IMG/VR virus record: IMGVR_UViG_3300031519_000186 | Location: 1-26,395 of that record | DNA: 26,395 bases | Strand: one strand, 5' to 3' | Origin: a virus | Lineage: Duplodnaviria; Caudoviricetes | Shown: one piece after another, positions 18,008 through 24,736 of the stretch | How the letters are laid out: each line of letters begins with the position of its first letter | How positions within the stretch are numbered: position 1 is the stretch's first letter | Position numbers and translations under genes: made by a program | The notes under the pieces: model-generated | The model's input: only the letters and a program-made list of their open reading frames with translations | Told to the model about the DNA's origin: nothing | Databases searched by the model: none

Positions 18008-19360
18008 ATGAGACAGATTGTTTCTCCGCTTAGCGGATTTATTTCACCATTAGGTCAATTACGCTCTAATACCTCTGCTGAGTTTGCTATGACTATTGCA
18101 ACAACAGGTGCAAATGAAACCTTCACTATCCCGTGTCAGAACAATGGCACGTTTGATGCTGTCATTGATTGGGGCGATGGTTCTGTCTCAACTGTCACAT
18201 CGTATAACGATTCTAACCTAGCACATACATATGCTTCGGCTGGAGATCACTTAATCAGTATCAGTGGTAGCTTCCCTAATATCTACTTCAACAATACAGG
18301 TGACAAACTCAAGGTTAAGTCTGTTGAAAACTTAGGTACTGTTGGTTGGACTACATTAAATGCTGCATTTAGAGGATGTAATAACATGACATCCTTCACA
18401 GCAGAAACAACAGATACATCTTCAGTCACGAATATGATGGATATGTTCCGTGATTGTAGTAGCTTAACATCTCTAGACGTAAGTAGTTTTGATACATCTT
18501 CAGTTACAAATATGGGTATTATGTTCCAACAGTGTACTAACTTAGAATCTTTAAATGTAAGTAGTTTTGATACATCTTCAGTTACGGCTATGAATAACAT
18601 GTTCCTCAACTGTAATAGTCTAACATCTCTAGACGTAAGTAATTTTGATACATCTTCAGTTTTGATGTTTACTAATATGTTCCGTCAGTGTAGTAGCTTA
18701 ACATCTCTAGATGTAACTAATTTTGATACATCTTCAGCAAGGGGAAGTAATGGTATGGCTGGCATGTTCCGTCAGTGTACTGACTTAACATCTTTAGACC
18801 TAAGTAACTTTGATACATCATCAGTTACGAGTATGCATTCTATATTCCGTCAGTGTACTAACTTAACATCTTTAGACGTAAGTAGTTTTGATACATCTTC
18901 AATTACAAGTTTTGATAGTATGTTCCGTGAGTGTACTAACTTAACATCTTTAGATGTAAGTAATTTTGATACATCTTCAGCTACCTATTTGGGTTATATG
19001 TTCGTTGATTCTAATAGTTTTACATCTTTAGATGTAAGTAATTTTGATACATCTTCAGTTTTCAGTATGAGAAACATGTTTAACTGTAACTCCCTTACAA
19101 GCCTTGTCGGTGCTGAAGACTTTGACATCACAAGTTTCAATAACACAAATAGTTTAACAGGCTTTATGGACAATAATGGTGAAATGACAACTGCTCAGTA
19201 TGATGCACTCCTTGTCAAATGGGATGCGCAATCAGTTTTAAGCAATATAGTAGCTACCTTTGGTGCTAGTCAATACACAGCAGGTAGTGCGGCGGCTACA
19301 GCAAGAGCTAACCTAATCAGCTCTGACGGCTGGACAATTACAGATGGAGGTACAGCATAA
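18008..19360 (+). CDS. PKD-like domain + BspA/DUF285-type leucine-rich-repeat protein, putative virion adhesin
   Basis: IDWGDG...HTYASAG (PKD-like), nine 26-aa repeats DTSSVTxMxxMFxxCxxLTSLDVSxF, and a C-terminal cap YDALL..W...GWTITDGG. GGAGG RBS; no signal peptide. Confidence 0.88.
   Translation: MRQIVSPLSGFISPLGQLRSNTSAEFAMTIATTGANETFTIPCQNNGTFDAVIDWGDGSVSTVTSYNDSNLAHTYASAGDHLISISGSFPNIYFNNTGDKLKVKSVENLGTVGWTTLNAAFRGCNNMTSFTAETTDTSSVTNMMDMFRDCSSLTSLDVSSFDTSSVTNMGIMFQQCTNLESLNVSSFDTSSVTAMNNMFLNCNSLTSLDVSNFDTSSVLMFTNMFRQCSSLTSLDVTNFDTSSARGSNGMAGMFRQCTDLTSLDLSNFDTSSVTSMHSIFRQCTNLTSLDVSSFDTSSITSFDSMFRECTNLTSLDVSNFDTSSATYLGYMFVDSNSFTSLDVSNFDTSSVFSMRNMFNCNSLTSLVGAEDFDITSFNNTNSLTGFMDNNGEMTTAQYDALLVKWDAQSVLSNIVATFGASQYTAGSAAATARANLISSDGWTITDGGTA
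18413..19110 (+). repeat. 78-bp tandem repeat array, 9 units (one unit 87 bp, last degenerate)
   Basis: GATACATC(T/A)TCA anchors at 18413, 18491, 18569, 18647, 18725, 18812, 18890, 18968 and 19046. Confidence 0.95.
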
Positions 19361-19548
19361 TGAGTATCATAACTAGAACTGAAGGTTACTTTATCATTAA
19401 CACTGCGGCAATCTCACTAGATGGGACTGTCGTATCCTACCGTGATGACGCAACAGTACAAGAGTTTGCAAGTGAAGCTGAAATGCTAACAGCACATGAG
19501 GCACAATTCCCAGACCAGTACCCAGAAGAAGAGGAGTTGCCAGAATGA
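19360..19548 (+). CDS. small acidic hypothetical protein (62 aa)
   Basis: TAATG-coupled to the LRR gene, with GGAGG upstream. Confidence 0.7.
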   Translation: MSIITRTEGYFIINTAAISLDGTVVSYRDDATVQEFASEAEMLTAHEAQFPDQYPEEEELPE

Positions 19549-19601
19549 CTGACTTCTACTTAAAGTTAGCTAACGAAGCACTACAAAGGATTTGGCTATG
19601 A
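19545..19601 (+). CDS. 18-codon mini-ORF MTDFYLKLANEALQRIWL (gene remnant or translational coupler)
   Basis: GAGGAG 8 nt upstream. ATGA overlaps with both the upstream stop and the downstream start. Confidence 0.45.
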   Translation: MTDFYLKLANEALQRIWL

Positions 19602-19789
19602 ATAAAAGAACTATATCTTCTGCGCATGACAGGCTTGATGAGCTAGAAAAGCAAGTGGTTGCTATCAAAACAGAAGTTAAAATACAATTTAAAGATTTGT
19701 TTGGCAGAGTAAAACGTATGGAAAGCATTATGATTGCAGCAACAGGGGCAATATTAACCCTACTCGTTGCGGTACTAATGAAGATGTAA
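19598..19789 (+). CDS. small coiled-coil protein with a C-terminal transmembrane helix (XhlA-like architecture)
   Basis: ATG 19598 with AAGGA RBS; heptad-like region followed by IMIAATGAILTLLVAVLM. Confidence 0.7.
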   Translation: MNKRTISSAHDRLDELEKQVVAIKTEVKIQFKDLFGRVKRMESIMIAATGAILTLLVAVLMKM

Positions 19790-19790
19790 C

Positions 19791-20339
19791 ATGTTACGAT
19801 TAATATTAACTGTATTCTTTATTATAATTGGCAGCGTATTAGCTGCTGATGATATAATCAAGTCAGAGAGTACAGTAATATCGGACGGAAAGATGGACAC
19901 AACCATCAACAGTCCACCACCCTCTGCAATTTCCCCACAAATTAGCGCAAGTAACAGTGACTTATGTACTGTTGGTGTAGCTGGTGCAGTACAAACACAG
20001 ATACTTGGTATATCTGCTGGTCGTACTGTGCGTGATATGAACTGTGAAAAATTAAAAAACGCTAAAACCATGTATGATATGGGAATGAAGGTGGCAGCCG
20101 TATCCGTAATGTGCCAAGACGAAAGAGTGTTTGATGCTATGCTTAATGCTGGCACTCCTTGCCCCAAGGATGGACTGGTGGGAGATAAAGCTAGGCTAGC
20201 ATGGGAAATGGAAGCAGTTAAGGAAGAGATCGAGCGAGATCAGAATGATGTAATCAAGAGGATGTTCAATGAGAACAGCGAAACTAAGATTGGGCTTGGT
20301 GTTATCATTAGCACTCTGGCCTTCTTGTTATTTCTCTGA
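19791..20339 (+). CDS. exported 4-Cys protein with C-terminal membrane anchor
   Basis: Signal peptide MLRLILTVFFIIIGSVLA|A, PPPSAISP, four Cys and a hydrophobic C-terminus IGLGVIISTLAFLLFL. Confidence 0.75.
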   Translation: MLRLILTVFFIIIGSVLAADDIIKSESTVISDGKMDTTINSPPPSAISPQISASNSDLCTVGVAGAVQTQILGISAGRTVRDMNCEKLKNAKTMYDMGMKVAAVSVMCQDERVFDAMLNAGTPCPKDGLVGDKARLAWEMEAVKEEIERDQNDVIKRMFNENSETKIGLGVIISTLAFLLFL

Positions 20340-21138
20340 CCCATATACTTATGGGGCTACAGGCAATGCAGCGTCCAGCTCTTTAAGCTGGGGGATGGCT
20401 GGCGTTTTGCCTGATGCTGTTGGCTTAGATATAAACGGATTACTCTACAGATATACTACAGTAAAGAATACAGATGACGCTATGAAGGTACACGTTGGCA
20501 ATCTCAACGCTACTGGTGATGGCTATGTATTTAGAGAGACAGATGATTGGTCAGGTGTCCCAAGCAACACAATCGTCAAGTCTTTTTCTCTGGCTAATAT
20601 ACCATCAGCTAACTGGGGTACTGGATCTATTGAGGTAGAAGGTGAAGGCAGCGTAACTGATGCAGTTGTTATATATAACTACAGGATAGATGTATGCTAT
20701 GACCCACAATCAGATCCATCTTGCGCTGGTTATATAAAACCTGTGCCTGATATACCACAAGTAGATGTGTATGATGTGATGGCAGATGAAGATGCTCTTG
20801 CTGCTATAGATACAGATACAGAATTTCAGTATGATAAGGATGGTAATCTTATATTGGATGAAGAAGAAGAAGAGAACACAAGAATTGAAATGGGTTTGAC
20901 TGCATCTGCCAATGCATTAACTCTTCTTAAACCACAAGCACAAGATGATATTATCATGGCGATAAACCAACAAACAAATTTAACCATGTACTATAATGCA
21001 TCTATCAATGGTGGCGTGTACGCTGACGTTGCTGGACTTGCTGACTCACAGATATCAGACAACAAAAAAGCTTTGCGTAATAACTTAGCACAACAAATAC
21101 TGCACGAACAGATGGTCGATATGCAGTACAACAAATGA
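20269..21138 (+). CDS. exported protein: beta-rich N-domain, CxDPxSDPxCxGY motif, acidic linker, helical C-terminus
   Basis: GAGG 7 nt before ATG 20269; basic-hydrophobic N-terminal signal; two Cys in the mature part. Confidence 0.7.
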   Translation: MRTAKLRLGLVLSLALWPSCYFSDPYTYGATGNAASSSLSWGMAGVLPDAVGLDINGLLYRYTTVKNTDDAMKVHVGNLNATGDGYVFRETDDWSGVPSNTIVKSFSLANIPSANWGTGSIEVEGEGSVTDAVVIYNYRIDVCYDPQSDPSCAGYIKPVPDIPQVDVYDVMADEDALAAIDTDTEFQYDKDGNLILDEEEEENTRIEMGLTASANALTLLKPQAQDDIIMAINQQTNLTMYYNASINGGVYADVAGLADSQISDNKKALRNNLAQQILHEQMVDMQYNK

Positions 21139-21146
21139 GGTTCAAC

Positions 21147-21635
21147 ATGAAATATTCAATAGCAATACTTTCACTCTGTGCATTACCAGCTTACGCTGAT
21201 GTAGATATAACAGGTAACGTGGAAGCTAAGTGTGTAATACAAACAACTAAGAGTGGTGTGTATGGCAACCCAACAGCTAGTACATTAAGCACTACCCCTG
21301 CTGATGGTGGTGTGCTTCCTGTAATTAGATTTGATGTAGCTCTTGCTGATTACTACACCGCAAACATTACACACCCGACATCATTTAGTTCTTCCCCAGC
21401 ACTAACTGATACAGTTGCATGGACAGGCAGCACTAGCGTAACGCAAACAAGTGACGCTGGTATGTCAGGGTATGATGCAGCCAAAGTTGTATATGATAAT
21501 ACCACAGTCTTTGACCTTACTGTTGCAGGATCTACTTGGTTTAGTACAGCATCAAGTGCCACCTATGCCGCATCAAAGCCTTTCGTTGGCGGTGTATATA
21601 CTGCAATAGTACAGGCTAGTTGCATTGCAAAATAA
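21147..21635 (+). CDS. fimbrial/pilin-like subunit (chaperone-usher or Csu/SCPU-like)
   Basis: GAGG RBS favours ATG 21147. Signal ...LPAYA|, then DVDITGNVEAKCVI (donor-strand-like), a Thr/Ser/Ala-rich body and a C-terminal GGVYTAIVQASC strand like the pilin GxYxAxV motif. Confidence 0.6.
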   Translation: MKYSIAILSLCALPAYADVDITGNVEAKCVIQTTKSGVYGNPTASTLSTTPADGGVLPVIRFDVALADYYTANITHPTSFSSSPALTDTVAWTGSTSVTQTSDAGMSGYDAAKVVYDNTTVFDLTVAGSTWFSTASSATYAASKPFVGGVYTAIVQASCIAK

Positions 21636-22011
21636 GCTCATAATATTTTTTTTGCTATGGGCATTTTCAACCCATGCACATGAGATGACACCAGCTTATC
21701 CTATTGTTAAGCCATCTCACGTTACTGGTGTGGTCAAGGTTGACTTGTCTTTGTTTAACTCAAGGGAAGAGATCAAGTATTACGAGATTGGTTTGTTTGA
21801 TTTGAACTGGAATAGCATCCCCTTCTCTGCAACGTACAGAATAATTAAGGTAGGGTATAAGACTCGAAAGAACTTCAGTGTATACATTCGTAAGTCAGAC
21901 ATGGATGAAGCCACCTATGTATGCACAACATCTAAGGTTAAGAAGCAGCTCGAATCAAAAACACTAGTGTCATCTAGGATTTGTTCTCGGCTTGATGGTA
22001 TGCCAGCATGA
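21625..22011 (+). CDS. exported single Ig-fold protein, PapD N-domain-like chaperone candidate
   Basis: Signal ...FSTHA|, then HEMTP...LSLFN...YYEI pattern similar to the chaperone xSPxx...LxLxN pattern. A Cys pair brackets the last two strands. Confidence 0.5.
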   Translation: MQNKLIIFFLLWAFSTHAHEMTPAYPIVKPSHVTGVVKVDLSLFNSREEIKYYEIGLFDLNWNSIPFSATYRIIKVGYKTRKNFSVYIRKSDMDEATYVCTTSKVKKQLESKTLVSSRICSRLDGMPA

Positions 22012-22400
22012 GATTAGCTGTGCTCTTATGTATTCTATCTAGCTCTGCCTTTGCTGAGAGTAGCTCACTTGCTTTGTCATTGCCTAGTCCACCTATGAAC
22101 TACCAATCAGATAGTTTCTCTGCAAATAATTTACGCTGCAGTAATGCGGTAGGTGGTGGAGTTAATCTTGAGTATGGTATTACAGGTGTGCTGTCTGGTT
22201 TAAACACAATGAGTAAAGGTAAAGACATAGGTGTGTATGCTCGTATAGTTATACCGCTAGACAAGCCTAAGTCTCGTATTAATTGTGATGACCTATACCA
22301 AGTGGAGCTAGCCCAGCGTAGGCTAGAGATACAAAAGCTGCGTGATGAACTGGAAGCACTAAAGAATTTATCTAGTGATAGTATGGACTTTGAAAACTGA
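22008..22400 (+). CDS. exported protein with amphipathic beta-hairpin and C-terminal coiled coil (outer-membrane oligomer candidate)
   Basis: Signal ...SSAFA|. Strands VNLEYGITG and IGVYARIVIPL lie between two Cys, followed by a heptad-rich ELAQRRLEIQKLRDELEALK. Confidence 0.6.
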   Translation: MRLAVLLCILSSSAFAESSSLALSLPSPPMNYQSDSFSANNLRCSNAVGGGVNLEYGITGVLSGLNTMSKGKDIGVYARIVIPLDKPKSRINCDDLYQVELAQRRLEIQKLRDELEALKNLSSDSMDFEN

Positions 22401-22879
22401 TGGTAGATCTTACAGAATTTGATAGCCTTGCCGACAAACAGATCAAAGCTGGTGGAGTTAAGATGTCCTTTGCATCTGTGCTTGCCATCATTACCTTTGT
22501 ATCTACTGTGGTTGCTGGCCTGTATGGTGGGTTTGTTATGTATCAGAAGATAGAAGAGGTAGCTGGCTTAGATCTTGGTGAGTACCAACATCAAATGGAT
22601 GTGATGGATGCCAAGGTGCAGCAGTCAGTCGAGTACACCCGTGATATTAAGAATGGATTGCGTGATGATCTTCTTAGAGTTGAGCAGCAGACGGATAGAA
22701 TTGAAACGATGGTGCGCAAGTCAGAAGATAAAGTACGCACCATGATTGATGCAGCAGATCTTAGATTCGAATCGCAACGTGAACGATTGCGATCAAATCA
22801 AGATGCTGAAATGAAAGACCTTGAGAGTAAGTTGATGGGTAAATTGCAGAGGGCATTGGATAATCCTCTGTCTGATTAG
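22400..22879 (+). CDS. single-pass membrane protein with long coiled coil
   Basis: TM segment FASVLAIITFVSTVVAGLYGGFVMY followed by about 110 aa of charged helix; TGATG-coupled. Confidence 0.7.
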   Translation: MVDLTEFDSLADKQIKAGGVKMSFASVLAIITFVSTVVAGLYGGFVMYQKIEEVAGLDLGEYQHQMDVMDAKVQQSVEYTRDIKNGLRDDLLRVEQQTDRIETMVRKSEDKVRTMIDAADLRFESQRERLRSNQDAEMKDLESKLMGKLQRALDNPLSD

Positions 22880-22888
22880 GAGATAACT

Positions 22889-23221
22889 ATGGATGAGTTT
22901 AAAAAATTTGATGTCAATGGTGATGGACACATTGATAAGGCAGAGTGGGATGCGCTTGAGTACGAGGATCGTAAGCGTAGGCTAGAGGACGAAGACGCAC
23001 AGCGTGACGCACAACGCAGGATGACATGGTTTGCCCTGTCAGGGATGCTCCTGTACCCCTTTGCGGTGGTGCTAGCAAATGTATTAAGCTTAGATCAAGC
23101 AGCTAACATACTAGGTAGCATGGCTAGTGTATATTTTGTATCCGTAGCTGGGATCGTTGCGGCTTTCTTTGGGGCAACAGCATTAGCGAAAGGCAGAACC
23201 AATGATGAATCTAGTAGGTAA
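22889..23221 (+). CDS. EF-hand + two-TM membrane protein, holin/antiholin-like
   Basis: AGGAG RBS, canonical EF loop DVNGDGHIDKAE, two hydrophobic helices; adjacent to holin and endolysin. Confidence 0.7.
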   Translation: MDEFKKFDVNGDGHIDKAEWDALEYEDRKRRLEDEDAQRDAQRRMTWFALSGMLLYPFAVVLANVLSLDQAANILGSMASVYFVSVAGIVAAFFGATALAKGRTNDESSR

Positions 23222-23606
23222 TTTAATAGGGCCTGTTACTGGCCTGTTAGATAAAGTAATTGAAGACAAAGATCAGAAGGCAAAGCTTGCTCACGAAATA
23301 GCAACGATGTCAGACAACCATGCACAACAAGCATTGATGGGACAGCTGGAAATAAACAAAGCTGAAGCGGCATCAGGTTCTTTATTCAAAGGTGGATGGC
23401 GTCCTTTCATAGGTTGGGTATGTGGTGTGGCTTTTGCTTATCACTTTGTATTGCAACCATTGATTGTATTCGGTGTGAGTGCCGCTGGTGTTGACATACC
23501 AGAGCTACCAGAGTTTGATATGGGTAGTCTTATGACTGTTATGATGGGGATGCTTGGTTTAGGTGGCCTTAGATCTGTAGAAAAAATTAAGAAGGTAGAA
23601 AAATAA
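23202..23606 (+). CDS. holin (GTA-type 3TM holin family)
   Basis: LIGPV..LLDK.I.DKD, INK.EA, GWRPFIGWVCG and LGLGGLRS.EK motifs; immediately upstream of the endolysin. Confidence 0.85.
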   Translation: MMNLVGNLIGPVTGLLDKVIEDKDQKAKLAHEIATMSDNHAQQALMGQLEINKAEAASGSLFKGGWRPFIGWVCGVAFAYHFVLQPLIVFGVSAAGVDIPELPEFDMGSLMTVMMGMLGLGGLRSVEKIKKVEK

Positions 23607-24229
23607 TGAGTGAAGCAATGAAGATACTTCAAGATCGTATCGGTGTAGTAGCTGATGGGAACTTCGGCCCGAACACAGCGAGATCTATTGTTAAGCACTA
23701 TGGTTTGAATCGCAAGCGCGGCGCACATCTGTTAGGTCAGGCAGCACATGAGTCAGGAATGTTTCGTTTAACCAGAGAGAATCTTAATTATTCTGCTGAG
23801 TCTATGATGCGTGTATGGCCTAAGAGATTCCCAACTATGGAATCGGCTGCACCTTACGCTCGTAACCCAGAGGCACTAGCTAACAAGGTGTACTCTAATC
23901 GCATGGGCAATGGTGAGAACGAGGGTGCATTGTGGGTAGGCCGAGGATTTATTCAGCTTACAGGCAAGGCAAACTATAGATCTTTTGCTAGTGACATGGG
24001 GCTACCTGATATTATAACTGACCCTGATCTTGTTGCAACTGAGTATGCATTTGAATCTGCCATGTGGTTCTTTGAATCAAATGGTTTGTTTGATATGGCT
24101 GATGATGGTGTGAATGATTCAGTTATCACTAGCATAACCAAGCGTGTTAATGGTGGGACGCATGGCCTTGATGATCGTATGGAGCAGACTAAGAAAATAC
24201 ATTCTTGGATTGCGCATGTTGGTGCATAG
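23606..24229 (+). CDS. endolysin, glycoside hydrolase family 19 with short N-terminal peptidoglycan-binding element
   Basis: LQ..IGV.ADG.FGP.T, AHLLGQAAHESG, ENLNYS, GRGFIQLTGKANY and ITKRVNGG. Confidence 0.92.
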   Translation: MSEAMKILQDRIGVVADGNFGPNTARSIVKHYGLNRKRGAHLLGQAAHESGMFRLTRENLNYSAESMMRVWPKRFPTMESAAPYARNPEALANKVYSNRMGNGENEGALWVGRGFIQLTGKANYRSFASDMGLPDIITDPDLVATEYAFESAMWFFESNGLFDMADDGVNDSVITSITKRVNGGTHGLDDRMEQTKKIHSWIAHVGA

Positions 24230-24244
24230 GTATATAGATTTCTA

Positions 24245-24263
24245 GCGGAGCCTAGCGCTCCGC
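24245..24263. terminator. hairpin at the convergence of late and early transcription (possible terminator)
   Basis: GCGGAGC-CTAGC-GCTCCGC, a 7-bp stem spanning the stop codon of the minus-strand gene. No clear U-tract. Confidence 0.35.
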
Positions 24264-24692
24264 ACGAAGCATGTCTGCTATCCTTGGATGACTAGAAAAT
24301 TTAGCACTAAATCCTGGGAGTGGAGGCCGTTTATTTTTTGCAGCCTGTGTTAATTCAAACTCGTGTATAACAAAGCCGTATGTTATTTCTTTACGTTCCG
24401 CTGTAGTCTTTGCTTCCTTTAATATAGATTTGTATTGGTCATATCTATTGCGTTGTACTGTAGACTTATAGATAAGTTCCTTCTGTTCAAACTCTTTGTT
24501 TGTTTGATTTTTAAATAAGCGCTGTGATCCTGTTGTATAACCTGTTGTAAATTTTACATTGTATTTTTCAACAGCTATTCTAATTGCATGGCGCGGTATG
24601 CCATAGATCCTATTGGCTTGTGCTTTAGTCATTCCATTATCTGCATAGAATTTTATTCTATGAATCAACTCTTCTGTTATTGGTACAGTCAT
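24252..24692 (-). CDS. hypothetical protein with N-terminal HTH-like motif
   Basis: GMTKAQANRIYGIPRHAIR is HTH-like; AAGGAAG RBS upstream. Confidence 0.6.
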   Translation of the reverse strand: MTVPITEELIHRIKFYADNGMTKAQANRIYGIPRHAIRIAVEKYNVKFTTGYTTGSQRLFKNQTNKEFEQKELIYKSTVQRNRYDQYKSILKEAKTTAERKEITYGFVIHEFELTQAAKNKRPPLPGFSAKFSSHPRIADMLRAER

Positions 24693-24708
24693 AACTCTTC
24701 CTTATGTT

Positions 24709-24730
24709 AGGGCGAACCGAAGCCCGCCCT
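24709..24730 (-). promoter_or_regulatory. stable UUCG hairpin downstream of ssb (terminator or mRNA stabiliser)
   Basis: The minus strand reads AGGGCGGGC-TTCG-GTTCGCCCT. The G-U pairs work only on the minus strand. Confidence 0.6.
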
Positions 24731-24736
24731 TTATTA

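Noticed and set aside
18413-19110. Regularly spaced repeats as a CRISPR array or a DGR target
   Set aside because: The units are in-frame 78-bp coding repeats with similar intervening sequence. There are no cas genes, reverse transcriptase or template repeat in the window, and the variation is not adenine-restricted.
23202-23207. ATG ATG as a lambda S-type holin dual-start motif
   Set aside because: No charged residue separates the two Met codons, so a holin/antiholin difference is unsupported.
23924-23933. GGGTGCATTG in the endolysin gene (and TGGTGCATTG near 24923) as further promoter motifs
   Set aside because: They lack the leading TT, lie inside genes and have no suitably placed downstream gene start.
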